Below are positions 36,212 to 46,780 of a stretch of 64,000 bases of DNA, piece after piece. Every line of letters begins with the position of its first letter. Position 1 is the stretch's first letter. The notes under the pieces were generated by a model. It was not told the DNA's origin and did not search any database. It saw only the letters and a list, made by a program, of their open reading frames with translations. A program made the position numbers and the translations under genes. This stretch comes from Nitrosopumilus sp. (lineage in GTDB: Archaea; Thermoproteota; Nitrososphaeria; Nitrososphaerales; Nitrosopumilaceae), in the NCBI GenBank assembly GCA_965224195.1, contig OZ245040.1, forward strand, positions 1,792,001 through 1,856,000, written 5' to 3'.

Positions 36212-36850
36212 TTGTCATCCTTAGAGGTAATTAGTAACGATAATCAAAAGATATCTGTAAAGCTAAAAGGCATTCCATTGCAGTATGCAAATGCACTTAG
36301 ACGTGTATGTCTAAACGGAGTTCCAGTTTTTGCAATTGATACAGTAGATATTATTGAAAATTCTTCAGTATTACCAGATGAAGGTTTAGCCCACAGATTA
36401 GGACTTATTCCAATAACTACAGATTTGAGTAGATTCAATGAGCCATCAAAATGTGAATGTCAAAGTGAAACAGGATGTTCAAATTGCAAAGTAATGCTAG
36501 TCTTAGATTCAGGAGACTCTGATGTTACGAGATCTCTTCTCACTAGTGAGTTATCTTCTGAAGATGATTCAATTAAACCAGTTTCAGATAAAATTCCAAT
36601 TGTTCAATTAGCACCAGGTCAAAGAATCAAAATTGAGTGCTATGCCAGACTAGGACGTGGAACCGAACACGCAAAATGGAATTCTGCAAATGTTTCAACT
36701 CTTACAGATACTGACAAAGAAGATATCAAAGTACTAACTGTTGAATCAACAGGAGCCCTCAAACCAGAGCAAATCATTGTTTCGGGAGTCGATGAGGTCA
36801 GCAATAGAATAGGTCAATTTAAAGAAATGATTGACCAAGTTAAAGTATAA
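36212..36850 (+). CDS. rpoD: RNA polymerase subunit D (Rpo3)
   Basis: ANALRR, NSSVLPDEGLAHRLGLIP and HAKW; TTG start at 36212 assumed (ORF track 36185). Confidence 0.95.
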   Translation: MSSLEVISNDNQKISVKLKGIPLQYANALRRVCLNGVPVFAIDTVDIIENSSVLPDEGLAHRLGLIPITTDLSRFNEPSKCECQSETGCSNCKVMLVLDSGDSDVTRSLLTSELSSEDDSIKPVSDKIPIVQLAPGQRIKIECYARLGRGTEHAKWNSANVSTLTDTDKEDIKVLTVESTGALKPEQIIVSGVDEVSNRIGQFKEMIDQVKV

Positions 36851-36894
36851 TTAAGCATAGACATTATATTTGGGTTTCAAACCGCATTATTCAC

Positions 36895-37242
36895 ATGACT
36901 AGTCAAGTCGTAATACACATGGCAAAAGATCTAAAGAAAGCATCTACAAAGAATGATGTTGCAATTTGGGGAAAATTAGCAGAATATGCATTAAAACCAT
37001 CTATTGCAAGAAGAGATCTCAATTTGAATAGAATCGATCAATTAACCAAAGAAAACGACATTGTAGTATTACCAGGCAAAGTACTTGGAACAGGTAATAT
37101 TTCACATAAAATTACATTATTCTCATTTTCAATTTCAGATGCTGCAGCAGCCAAAGTAGTAGAAAATGGTGGGAAATTAATCTCACATACAGATTTAATT
37201 GAACAAAACCCAACTGGGAAAGGAGTAGTACTACTTGGCTAA
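36895..37242 (+). CDS. rpl18e: 50S ribosomal protein eL18
   Basis: PGKVLGTG motif; operon context. Confidence 0.93.
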   Translation: MTSQVVIHMAKDLKKASTKNDVAIWGKLAEYALKPSIARRDLNLNRIDQLTKENDIVVLPGKVLGTGNISHKITLFSFSISDAAAAKVVENGGKLISHTDLIEQNPTGKGVVLLG

Positions 37243-37744
37243 TGGAAGAATTAACAGACCTGCTGGAATAAATTCAAACACGTCTAAACAAGAAGTTGTA
37301 ATTAGAACAGATAGACCAATTGTTGTAGATGCAACTAATCACATTGCTGGAAGAGTAGCATCAAATGTTGCAAAATTACTAATGCAAGGACACAGAGTTT
37401 CAGTTGTTAATTGTGAAAAAATCATGATGAGTGGAACAAGAAGTAATCAAATTAAAGAGCAAAGAGAATTTTTAGAAATTAACAGCATCATCAATTACAA
37501 ACACGGTCCTGTACACTATAGAAGACCAGATACTTTGATGGCAAAAATGATTCGTCAAATGTTACCATATGATAGAAAACCATCAGGTAAAGCAGCACAC
37601 CAAAGACTCAGAACATACATTGGTTCTCCTAAAGAAATTAAATCACTAGAAAAAATTCAATTTGAAAAAGCATTGATTAAAAAAACTCCATCAAACTATA
37701 CTGCACTTGGGGAATTATGTAGAATAATAGGGTGGACTGAATGA
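37235..37744 (+). CDS. rpl13: 50S ribosomal protein uL13
   Basis: VVDA..HIAGRVAS.VAK and GP.HYRRP motifs. Confidence 0.95.
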   Translation: MANGRINRPAGINSNTSKQEVVIRTDRPIVVDATNHIAGRVASNVAKLLMQGHRVSVVNCEKIMMSGTRSNQIKEQREFLEINSIINYKHGPVHYRRPDTLMAKMIRQMLPYDRKPSGKAAHQRLRTYIGSPKEIKSLEKIQFEKALIKKTPSNYTALGELCRIIGWTE

Positions 37745-38190
37745 CAACTCCAAAAACTGAAATTTATTTTGCAACAAGAAAAACAGCTAGTGCCCACGTT
37801 TACATTACTAAAGGAAAAGGTAAAGTTAGAATTAACAACGTTCCAGTAGAAATGATTCCACAAGAAACTGCTCGTGAAGTAATTCTAGCACCACTAGAGA
37901 TTACAGGAGATTTGAGAGATAAAATTGATATTTCTGTCAGAGTTAGAGGTGGCGGTTTTATGGGTCAAGCAAGTGCAATAGCAACTGGAATTTCAAGAGC
38001 ACTAATAGGATGGACAAAATCTAAAAAAGAACCAAAAGATCATCCTTTCCCAAAATCCACTAGAGAAGATCTTAGAAAACGAATCACTGATTTTGACAAA
38101 TACCTAGTCAGTGGAGATGCTAGAAGAAAAGAACCAAAGAAATTTGGCGGACCTGGTGCAAGAAGAAGAAAGCAAAAATCATACCGTTAG
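37741..38190 (+). CDS. rps9: 30S ribosomal protein uS9
   Basis: GGGFMGQA and KKFGGPGARRRKQKSYR. Confidence 0.97.
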   Translation: MTTPKTEIYFATRKTASAHVYITKGKGKVRINNVPVEMIPQETAREVILAPLEITGDLRDKIDISVRVRGGGFMGQASAIATGISRALIGWTKSKKEPKDHPFPKSTREDLRKRITDFDKYLVSGDARRKEPKKFGGPGARRRKQKSYR

Positions 38191-38193
38191 GCT

Positions 38194-38913
38194 GTGAAGG
38201 CTGTAATTCTTGCAGGCGGCAAGGGAACCAGAGGTAAACCATATACTGAATATTTTCCAAAAGCAATGACCCCAATCAATGGAAAACCAATGATAGATTA
38301 CATTGTAAAATATCTAAAATCATTTAGTTTTGTAGATGAGGTGATAATCATATCAGATTATAATGGATTAGGAGGACAAGTCAAAAACTATTATGGAAAT
38401 CAAAAAAATATTACTTTTGTTCAAGATTCACAGAGTGGGACAGGAGGAGATCTATTACACATTGCAAACAAGCTCAAAAATGAATCAGAATTTGTGTTAT
38501 GGTTTGTAGATAACTTGTGTGCAATAGATCTAAAGAAAATGAAACAAATTTTCAAAGAAAAGAAAAGTTCTGCGTGTATTGCAACTAGAACCAAAAGAAA
38601 AGAAGAATCAGGGTTTGCTACAGTGGAGGATGGAATAATAAAAGAATTTAAAGAAAAACCAGTAATGAAATTACAATTATCAGAATGTCTAGGAGTTTAC
38701 ATGTTAGGTAAAGACATTATCAAAAAAATTAAAGCAAAACAAAAACAAAAAGAAATTAATCTCTCATTTGATATTTTACAGGAGTTATCTAAAGAAGGAA
38801 AAATTAGTGCATTTGATATAGGTGAAAAAGGATGGATAGATGCAGAATCCCCAATGGTTTTAGAAAGAAATGAGAAAACAGTAAAGAAGATTATAAAACA
38901 GATGGGATTTTAG
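38194..38913 (+). CDS. Sugar-phosphate nucleotidyltransferase family protein
   Basis: KAVILAGGKGTR..P...PK; FKEKP. Confidence 0.88.
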   Translation: MKAVILAGGKGTRGKPYTEYFPKAMTPINGKPMIDYIVKYLKSFSFVDEVIIISDYNGLGGQVKNYYGNQKNITFVQDSQSGTGGDLLHIANKLKNESEFVLWFVDNLCAIDLKKMKQIFKEKKSSACIATRTKRKEESGFATVEDGIIKEFKEKPVMKLQLSECLGVYMLGKDIIKKIKAKQKQKEINLSFDILQELSKEGKISAFDIGEKGWIDAESPMVLERNEKTVKKIIKQMGF

Positions 38914-39475
38914 ATTGTTTTTCAAAATCTGAAATTTTATCTTCATATTGAAAAGTGATTGCAATATCATCTAGTCCTTCTAAAAGGACTTTTTTCTGGT
39001 ATGACTCTATCTCAAAAGATATTTCACTAGATGGAGTTTTAATAATTTGAGTTTCCAAATCTACTTCAATTATTCCAGTTTCTTGTAACAGTTTTTCTAC
39101 AATTGTTTGGTCTAAGGTAATTGGTAAAACTCCATTTTTGAAACAATTACTAAAGAAAATATCTGCAAAAGAAGGGGCAATAATTACTGCAAATCCATAA
39201 TCAAGTAAGGCCCAAACAGCATGTTCACGACTAGAACCACAGCCAAAATTGTCTCCTGCTACGAGAATTTGTGAATTTTCATACTTTGGATTATTTAAGA
39301 CAAAATCAGGTTTTTTATTTTCTTGTTCATCATATCTCCAATTAAAAAATAGAAATTTTCCAAATCCAGATTTTTGAACTAGTTTTAAGAATTGTTTTGG
39401 AACAATTTGATCAGTATCCACATTTACTTTATCAAGTGGAGTCACAATACTAGTTATTTTTTTGAAAGAGTCCAT
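38891..39475 (-). CDS. leuD: 3-isopropylmalate dehydratase small subunit (bacterial type)
   Basis: NVDTDQIVPKQFL and [15 protein letters not shown]. Confidence 0.93.
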   Translation of the reverse strand: MDSFKKITSIVTPLDKVNVDTDQIVPKQFLKLVQKSGFGKFLFFNWRYDEQENKKPDFVLNNPKYENSQILVAGDNFGCGSSREHAVWALLDYGFAVIIAPSFADIFFSNCFKNGVLPITLDQTIVEKLLQETGIIEVDLETQIIKTPSSEISFEIESYQKKVLLEGLDDIAITFQYEDKISDFEKQSKIPSVL

Positions 39476-39476
39476 C

Positions 39477-40892
39477 TTAATTCAAATCCATTTTCCGTAC
39501 ATCTACAAAATGCCCATGAATTGCAGCAGCTGCTGCCATCACAGGACTAACCAAATGAGTTTGTCCCCCTGCACCTTGTCTACCTTCAAAGTTTCTATTG
39601 GATGTACTTGCACATCTCTCTCCAGGAGATAAAATATCAGGATTCATTCCAAGACACATACTACAACCAGCTTCACGCCATTCAAAATTAGCATTAATGA
39701 AAATTTTATCAAGACCCATTTCTTCAGCCTGTTTTTTTACCATTTGAGAACCAGGGACCACCATTGCTTGAACGTGTGGGGAGATTTTTTGCCCCTTGAT
39801 TACTTTGGACGCTTCAATAAGATCTTCTAATCTAGCATTGGTACATGAACCAATAAACACTCTATCTATTTTGATATCTTCAACTAGAGTTCCAGGTTCC
39901 AGAGCCATATATTCAAGTGCTTTTTCAGCCCCTCTCTTTTGATTTGAATCACCATTAGAAAATTCATCAGGGGTAGGAATAGAATCTGTAACGTTACATG
40001 TCATGCCAGGATTTGTCCCCCAACTAACTTGAGGAGCAATATCATCAATGTGTAAAGTAAATTCTTTTTCAAACTTCGCATCACTGTCAGTTTTTAATTC
40101 ATCCTTCCAAGAATCAACTAGAAACTCATAGTTCTTTGGAGTATATTCTCTATCTCGTAGATAATCAAAAGTTTTTTCATCAGGTGCTATCAATCCTGCA
40201 CGAGCACCTGCCTCAATAGACATGTTACAGATAGTCATTCGTTGCTCCATAGAAAGATCAGTGATTCCTTCACCACGATATTCAATTACAGTGCCAGTTC
40301 CCCCACCAGTTCCGATATTTTTGATAATAGATAGAATGATATCTTTCGCAGTTACTGCATGGGGATTTTTTCTTTTTCCTTCAACTCTGATTTCAAAAGG
40401 TTTTGGTTTTTCTAGCCACATACTTTGAGATGCTAAGACATGCTCCACATCACTAGTTCCAATACCTAAGGCGAGTGCTCCAAAAGCCCCATGTGTAGAT
40501 GTGTGGCTATCACCACAAACAATGGTAGAACCAGGTAGAGTAATTCCCAACTGAGGACCAATTACATGAACAATTCCTTGATTCGGACTATTAACATCAA
40601 ATAATTTAATTCCAAAATCTTTACAGTTTTTTTCAAGTGTTTTAATTTGAACAGAAGATGTTTGTTCTAAAATTGGTAAAGAGCGGTCAGTTGTTGGAAC
40701 ATTATGATCCATTGTAGCAATGGTAAGATCAGGTCGTCTAACTTTTCTGTTACTCATACGCAACCCTTCAAAAGCTTGGGGAGAGGTTACTTCGTGAACT
40801 AAATGTCTATCAATGTAAATTAATGATGGACTATTTTGTTTTTCAACAACAATGTGAGATTCCCAGATTTTTTCAAAAAGAGTTTTTCCCAT
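39477..40892 (-). CDS. leuC: 3-isopropylmalate dehydratase large subunit (bacterial type)
   Basis: [26 protein letters not shown] and CSMCLGMN motifs. Confidence 0.95.
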   Translation of the reverse strand: MGKTLFEKIWESHIVVEKQNSPSLIYIDRHLVHEVTSPQAFEGLRMSNRKVRRPDLTIATMDHNVPTTDRSLPILEQTSSVQIKTLEKNCKDFGIKLFDVNSPNQGIVHVIGPQLGITLPGSTIVCGDSHTSTHGAFGALALGIGTSDVEHVLASQSMWLEKPKPFEIRVEGKRKNPHAVTAKDIILSIIKNIGTGGGTGTVIEYRGEGITDLSMEQRMTICNMSIEAGARAGLIAPDEKTFDYLRDREYTPKNYEFLVDSWKDELKTDSDAKFEKEFTLHIDDIAPQVSWGTNPGMTCNVTDSIPTPDEFSNGDSNQKRGAEKALEYMALEPGTLVEDIKIDRVFIGSCTNARLEDLIEASKVIKGQKISPHVQAMVVPGSQMVKKQAEEMGLDKIFINANFEWREAGCSMCLGMNPDILSPGERCASTSNRNFEGRQGAGGQTHLVSPVMAAAAAIHGHFVDVRKMDLN

Positions 40893-40893
40893 T

Positions 40894-41385
40894 TTAATCC
40901 TGGTCTGGCTTGTACTTGAAGAGTCCACCTGCAGCAATTATTTTTCCAATGATTTCTGAAAATGGTTTCATTTTGTATGTTTGATTTTTTGTAATATTTT
41001 TAATTTCATTTTTAGATACATCAATATCTATTTCATCACTTTCTGAAATCCCATCATATGCATCTTGGTCTATTTCAATAGGTAACAAAAATGCCCCATC
41101 AACTGAATTTCGATAAAAAATTCTTGCAAAAGATAATGCAAGAACAGCCCTTACTCCTGAATGCGATAGTGCAATTGGAGCATGTTCACGAGAAGAGCCA
41201 CAACCAAAATTTTTACCAGATAAAATAAAATCGCCTTCTTTTACTTTAGAATGAAAATCAGGATCTAATCCCTCCATTGCATGTGTTGCAAGTTCTGCAT
41301 AATCATGAATTTTCAAATATGTGCCAGGAATGATAACATCAGTATCAATATTGTCCCTAGCATACTTTATGACGCTACCTTTCAT
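40894..41385 (-). CDS. Homoaconitase / isopropylmalate isomerase small subunit (archaeal type)
   Basis: [14 protein letters not shown] and [12 protein letters not shown]. Confidence 0.88.
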   Translation of the reverse strand: MKGSVIKYARDNIDTDVIIPGTYLKIHDYAELATHAMEGLDPDFHSKVKEGDFILSGKNFGCGSSREHAPIALSHSGVRAVLALSFARIFYRNSVDGAFLLPIEIDQDAYDGISESDEIDIDVSKNEIKNITKNQTYKMKPFSEIIGKIIAAGGLFKYKPDQD

Positions 41386-42653
41386 TACAAATCCCTCGGG
41401 TCAGTAATTTTCCCAGTTACTGCAGAAGCTGCTGCCACTAGTGGGGATGCAAGATAGGTTTGAGACTCTACATGGCCCATTCTACCAGGGAAATTCCTGT
41501 TAGTTGTACTGATACAAATTTCATCTTTTGCCAAAACTCCCATATGGGCTCCACAGCAGGCACCACAAGTTGGTGGTCCAACTGTAACTCCAGCATCTAA
41601 GAAAATTTTTAACAATCCATTCTCCATCGCTCTCTGATAAATTGAAATTGCGGCAGGTAAAATTTCTGTTCTAATCTTTACTTTTCTTCCCTTTAGGATT
41701 CTTGCTGCAGCTTCCAAATCTTCATATTTTGCTCCAGTGCAAGAACCAATGTAGGATTTATCCAATTCAACTGAAGGAGATTCCCTTACAGCACATGTAT
41801 TTTCAGGAGAGAATGGTTTTGCTATAGTAGGTTCCATCTCTGAACTTTCATATTCAAAAACTTTAGAATATTCAGCATCATCATCACCTTTGACTAAATT
41901 AAAATTGGTCGCCCCTCTCTGAGTGAGATAATCAACTACTTTTTGATCTGGTTCAACAATACCATTCTTTGCGCCAGCTTCAGTTGTCATGTTACATAAC
42001 GTTAGTCTACTTTCTACAGACATTTCATCAATACCACTTCCACCAAACTGCATTGTTTGGTATGCGCCGCCATCATTTCCAATGTCCCCAACAATTTTTA
42101 GAATTAGATCTTTAGCCATGACATGTTCAGGCAATTTCCCATTTATCTTAAAATAAAAAGTTTCAGGAACTTTGAACCAAATTTCTCCATTAAGTAAAAC
42201 ATATGCAATATCTGTATGCCCCAATCCACATGCAAATGCACCTAATGCACCAGTGGTATTAGTGTGAGAATCTCCGCCAACATAGACATCACCTGGCATT
42301 ACCATTGCTTCTTCATGGGATATGGTATGGCAAATTCCATACTGACCCATTCCATATTTGAAATGTTTTTCAATTCCGTATTGTTTAGTGAATTTAGATA
42401 ATTTTACAATATTTTCAGCAGATACTTTTTCAGCAGACGGAACAAAGTGATCTTCTGCCACCCAAACTTTAGTTGGATCCCATAATTTGTCTACTGAAAT
42501 CCCTTGTTTCTTTAGTTTATCAAATACCTTAATGACTCCAGGTCCAGATACATCATGCATCATTACCTTGTCTACTTTAGCAAAAACCACATCATCAGGG
42601 GCAACTGAAGACTTTCCTGCACCACGAGCAAGAATCTTCTCTACAATATTCAT
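41385..42653 (-). CDS. Homoaconitase / isopropylmalate isomerase large subunit (archaeal type)
   Basis: DSHTNT, GSCT, CGACCG and NRNFPGRMG motifs. Confidence 0.9.
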   Translation of the reverse strand: MNIVEKILARGAGKSSVAPDDVVFAKVDKVMMHDVSGPGVIKVFDKLKKQGISVDKLWDPTKVWVAEDHFVPSAEKVSAENIVKLSKFTKQYGIEKHFKYGMGQYGICHTISHEEAMVMPGDVYVGGDSHTNTTGALGAFACGLGHTDIAYVLLNGEIWFKVPETFYFKINGKLPEHVMAKDLILKIVGDIGNDGGAYQTMQFGGSGIDEMSVESRLTLCNMTTEAGAKNGIVEPDQKVVDYLTQRGATNFNLVKGDDDAEYSKVFEYESSEMEPTIAKPFSPENTCAVRESPSVELDKSYIGSCTGAKYEDLEAAARILKGRKVKIRTEILPAAISIYQRAMENGLLKIFLDAGVTVGPPTCGACCGAHMGVLAKDEICISTTNRNFPGRMGHVESQTYLASPLVAAASAVTGKITDPRDL

Positions 42654-42705
42654 AATCAAAAAAGATTTTCTACAGATTAAAAGCTTTTCAGGATCCAATC
42701 TAGAG

Positions 42706-42927
42706 TTAAATTTTTAATTTTCCAGTATCAAGACCGTGTTTAACTATAGAAATCAACTCTTCAACAGAACAATTTCTCAAAGAATCAGGCAAAGATTCAG
42801 CCTCAAATGATTGAAAACTGCCTATTCTTTTTCTAACAAGCATCTTTACAAGACTAGGAACATCTTCAGCGATTTTTGTATTGATATGATCTAAAATTTC
42901 ATCTATTTCATTTTGTTCTATTTTCAA
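42706..42927 (-). CDS. Hypothetical protein
   Basis: 73-aa ORF filling the gap. Confidence 0.6.
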   Translation of the reverse strand: MKIEQNEIDEILDHINTKIAEDVPSLVKMLVRKRIGSFQSFEAESLPDSLRNCSVEELISIVKHGLDTGKLKI

Positions 42928-42986
42928 TCTCTAAGAGATTCTAATTATTCACAACAATAAAAAAGAAAAGGAACACGCAAAATATT

Positions 42987-43763
42987 GTGCAGTTAACGGT
43001 TTTTCCACTTTTAGCAAAAAGAATGGATACAAAATTTGATGTTTTTGAAACATTGCTAAAAACATTAGAAAATAACAATGAATCTTTGGAAGAAGGGGAC
43101 GTTTTGGTAATTTCTACAAAATATATCTCAAACTCACAAGGAAGAATCGTAGATTTAGAAAAAATTATCACATCAGAAGAAGGCGAAAAAGTGTCAAAAG
43201 AATATCAATTAAAACCAGAAATTGCAGAAATAATCATTAGAGAATCAGATAAAATTTTTGGAGGGATTGGAGGGTTTGTAATTACATCATCAGACAATAT
43301 CATGGCACCAAATGCAGGAATCGATAAATCAAATGCAAAGAAAGGGTTGGCCATATTGTATCCAACAAACCCATATCTAACGGCAGAAGAAATTCGTAGA
43401 AAGGTTTTCTTGAAATTCTTCATCCACATAGGAGTAATTCTTGTAGATAGTAGACTAATGCCTGCAAGAATCGGCACGTCAGGTGTTGCAATATCTTGTG
43501 CAGGTATTGAACCAGTACTAGATATGAGAGCAAAAAAAGATCTTGATGGCAATCCATTAAAAGTTACATTTCAAGCAGTTGTAGATAATCTTGCAACAAT
43601 TGCAAATCACAAAATGGGAGAAGGAGCAGAATCAAAACCATTTGCAATAGTTAGAAATTCAGAGGCAACTCTCACTGATAGAAAAATCAATCCATCAGAG
43701 ATGGCAATTTCTCCTGATCAATGTGTTTACGTTAGAGGTTTGTCAAATCCTCCAAAATTCTAA
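42987..43763 (+). CDS. cofE: Coenzyme F420-0:L-glutamate ligase
   Basis: NAGIDKSN, DLDGNPL.VT and MGEGAE motifs. Confidence 0.9.
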   Translation: MQLTVFPLLAKRMDTKFDVFETLLKTLENNNESLEEGDVLVISTKYISNSQGRIVDLEKIITSEEGEKVSKEYQLKPEIAEIIIRESDKIFGGIGGFVITSSDNIMAPNAGIDKSNAKKGLAILYPTNPYLTAEEIRRKVFLKFFIHIGVILVDSRLMPARIGTSGVAISCAGIEPVLDMRAKKDLDGNPLKVTFQAVVDNLATIANHKMGEGAESKPFAIVRNSEATLTDRKINPSEMAISPDQCVYVRGLSNPPKF

Positions 43764-43811
43764 CCTGAAATCCAGTTCTGCTTTAAATAGAGGAATCAGG
43801 TGTAAAATTCA

Positions 43812-44366
43812 ATGGAATATCTCACCACATATCCCAAAACAGTATCATTCATTGATGGAATAAAACACAAGATTGATGTTGATAGTAAAGATGGTGTAGA
43901 GCAACTCCACATCGTAGTTAAGAAAAGTTTTGAAGAGTTGACAAAAATTTTCACAGATGAAGGTTTCACTAAAGTTAAACTAGAACACAAACAACCGGAT
44001 CAAATTGGGAGTGGTCTAAATTTAAAATTAAAAAAACCTTGGGAAATGCATGTGCGAATGGTTGATTTAAAAAAAGGATTAATTGGCATTCATGCAGAAG
44101 TAGAAGTTTCAAGGGACTATCTACAACATTTGTTTTCTCAAAGAACCCCAGTAGTTTATGAAGTAGAAGAAATTTTAAAAAAATATCAAGTAGATTACAA
44201 TATTTGGCATGATAAAATTAAGAAAAACGTACATGCCATAGTTGATAATTACAAAGTAAGACTTGCAACACCCAGCATCCCAGTTTTTGCATGGAAACCA
44301 ATGTTGTTTGTGATTGGTACTATAGCAGCATTTTACGGTTGGAAATACTTTAACACAATCTGGTAG
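43812..44366 (+). CDS. Hypothetical protein with C-terminal TM anchor
   Basis: 184-aa ORF with a hydrophobic C-terminus. Confidence 0.7.
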   Translation: MEYLTTYPKTVSFIDGIKHKIDVDSKDGVEQLHIVVKKSFEELTKIFTDEGFTKVKLEHKQPDQIGSGLNLKLKKPWEMHVRMVDLKKGLIGIHAEVEVSRDYLQHLFSQRTPVVYEVEEILKKYQVDYNIWHDKIKKNVHAIVDNYKVRLATPSIPVFAWKPMLFVIGTIAAFYGWKYFNTIW

Positions 44367-44368
44367 GA

Positions 44369-44695
44369 CTAAACTCCGAGAGCTTCGGCCTTACTTAGTT
44401 CTAAAAAGACCTTATCTCCAACTGAAAGACCCATCTCTTTGTATTCATGCATTTCAAGTTTTAATTGAGTAACACCGGATTGCATACCAGCCCCACCCAT
44501 ACCAGACATCATCTTGTTCAAGTCTTTCATCATGTCATTCATGTTTGAAAATCCCATTACCTTTGGTGCTCCAAACGGAGGTTGTTGAGTTTGAGTTCCC
44601 TCCTTTAGATCCTTAAGCGAAGACAATGAAACTACCACATATGGTGCCCCATCAGGTGCTGAATCTATGCTTTTTACTACAAATTCTTTCTTCAT
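44369..44695 (-). CDS. Hypothetical protein
   Basis: 108-aa ORF with a Met/Gly-rich middle and LSVGDKV end. Confidence 0.7.
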   Translation of the reverse strand: MKKEFVVKSIDSAPDGAPYVVVSLSSLKDLKEGTQTQQPPFGAPKVMGFSNMNDMMKDLNKMMSGMGGAGMQSGVTQLKLEMHEYKEMGLSVGDKVFLELSKAEALGV

Positions 44696-44799
44696 ATCTA
44701 GAGTTGTATCTAATTCAATATAATTTTAATTTTAAGGTCAATTTGCACTAGATTGGGTAAGTTTGAAGCTTTAATTACAATTTTTAGGATTTTAAATCA

Positions 44800-45333
44800 T
44801 TGTCAGAAAATGTAAAAACGACATTACGATACTATGGGATTTCACCATGGGAAATTGAGGTTCTATACGGATATCTAAATTCCCGCTTTACCATAATTCA
44901 AGATGAAATAGAGGTAGACGATGAAAATTTTGTAAGTTACTTAGATATCGATATTCCACTTCAATTCAATGAAGAATTTTTCCAATGGTTTGATTTCAAA
45001 CGTTGGGAGCAAATCAAATCTGTATTCAAAGAAATGAAGAGACGGAGGGGTAGTGGTAATGCTTTAAAAATTGTAATTAACTTTTCTGGAAAACCAAAAA
45101 TAGTTTTCAGAATAGATATTGAAGAGAAACAATGGTTTGATAATGCATTAGAAAAAATTGATTTTGTATTAGAATTATTGCCATATCATCTAGATCCAGA
45201 AAAAATCCCATCAGATATTTCTAAAATAATATACAAATTTGATTCAGAGTCAATTAGATGGCGTCTAGATACAGCTTTATCTAAAAATAAAAAATATACG
45301 TTTACAGGAGATGCATGGAATGAAATTATTTAA
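44800..45333 (+). CDS. Hypothetical protein
   Basis: 177-aa ORF. Confidence 0.7.
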   Translation: MSENVKTTLRYYGISPWEIEVLYGYLNSRFTIIQDEIEVDDENFVSYLDIDIPLQFNEEFFQWFDFKRWEQIKSVFKEMKRRRGSGNALKIVINFSGKPKIVFRIDIEEKQWFDNALEKIDFVLELLPYHLDPEKIPSDISKIIYKFDSESIRWRLDTALSKNKKYTFTGDAWNEII

Positions 45334-45760
45334 GATCTTTTTGTAAAGGTTCTAACAATCCATGTAATTCCTTATACTTTGATTCTAAAAATCCAAGTGC
45401 ATCAACAAGTTTTTTGGATTTTCCATATTTGTAACGAATTAACTCTCTATGATGCCAAAACGTTTGATTCTCACCAATAGACAAGGTAGTGAAATAATCA
45501 GTACCAATCAAAGAATCAGGAAGTTTCACATCATGTGGAAATAAAATATCTACAATAAACCATTCATCACCATCGGGATAATCAGAACCAGTTTCTACAT
45601 CAAAAAACACATGCAGTAAATCAGACTGCATAAGACCATCATCACTAATAGAGGGATGTTTAACAGATGATTTTTTAAAATCCAAATTAACTAACTGTGG
45701 TTCAAAAAAACCTTTGATGATAGATTTTCTAAATATTTTATTTGCTTCATTAATATTCAA
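45326..45760 (-). CDS. Hypothetical protein
   Basis: 144-aa ORF. Confidence 0.7.
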   Translation of the reverse strand: MNINEANKIFRKSIIKGFFEPQLVNLDFKKSSVKHPSISDDGLMQSDLLHVFFDVETGSDYPDGDEWFIVDILFPHDVKLPDSLIGTDYFTTLSIGENQTFWHHRELIRYKYGKSKKLVDALGFLESKYKELHGLLEPLQKDLK

Positions 45761-45817
45761 ATGCAGAATAACATTCTACGAAACTTGCCTATAACTTCTT
45801 AGGTTCAGGGGAATAAT

Positions 45818-46780
45818 CTAGACTTCTAAGGAATCTAATATTTTTGAAATGTCAGTATTAGGATGACCATTTTTTGAAATATTTTGTTTTGCAGGAGGGT
45901 TTTCCAAATAATTTGGAATCTTGTCTTTGATTCTTTGAGTGTATGAAGATATCAGTTTATTTTTGTAGAAAACTCCAGTTGGTATTTTATCTCCCCATTC
46001 AAGTGATTTAATCAAAGCTTGAGATAGTTTTTCGTTAACTTCAACTTCAGAATTATAGTGAACTACCGGTTCAAACCCATGATCTTCTAGTTTGTAAATT
46101 CTAGAATGTCTTTTTTGGGCCTCATCCATTAAATCAGCTCCGGCATACCAATCTCGAGTGTTAAGATCATTGTAAGTTGGACAGGGTTGTAACACATCAA
46201 GAAATGAAAGACCTTTGTGATTTACAGCTTGAACTATCAAATCTTTGAGATGACGAACATCGTAAGAATAACCCCGTGCTACAAACGTGAACCCACTGGT
46301 GATTGCCAATCCAATTGGATTAACATTAGAATTGGTATTTGGGGATGGTAATGATTTTGTTTTTTCACCTAGTTTCAAAGTAGGAGATGCCTGACCTTTT
46401 GTTAAACCATAAACTCCATTATCAAAAATAATGTAAGTCATATCCACATTTCGTCTGCCAGCAGCAACAAAATGACCAGCACCAATACCCAAACCATCAC
46501 CATCTCCCCCTACTGCAACAACAGTAAGATCAGGATTTGCAATTTTTGCACCTTGGGCAAATGTCAAAACTCTTCCGTGCAATGTGTGTACACCATATGT
46601 GTTAATGAAGTGGGATGTTTTACCAGAGCATCCAATTCCAGAAAACATGACAGCTTTATCTCTTTCAATACCCATCTCGGCTAATGCCATTTGAATTGCA
46701 TTAACTATTCCAAAGTCTCCACAACCAGGACACCAATCGTTATGAACATCTGTTTTGTAATCAGCTAGTTTAAGCGCCAT
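45818..46780 (-). CDS. 2-oxoacid:ferredoxin oxidoreductase beta subunit
   Basis: WCPGCGDFG and GGDGD..N TPP-binding motif. Confidence 0.93.
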   Translation of the reverse strand: MALKLADYKTDVHNDWCPGCGDFGIVNAIQMALAEMGIERDKAVMFSGIGCSGKTSHFINTYGVHTLHGRVLTFAQGAKIANPDLTVVAVGGDGDGLGIGAGHFVAAGRRNVDMTYIIFDNGVYGLTKGQASPTLKLGEKTKSLPSPNTNSNVNPIGLAITSGFTFVARGYSYDVRHLKDLIVQAVNHKGLSFLDVLQPCPTYNDLNTRDWYAGADLMDEAQKRHSRIYKLEDHGFEPVVHYNSEVEVNEKLSQALIKSLEWGDKIPTGVFYKNKLISSYTQRIKDKIPNYLENPPAKQNISKNGHPNTDISKILDSLEV

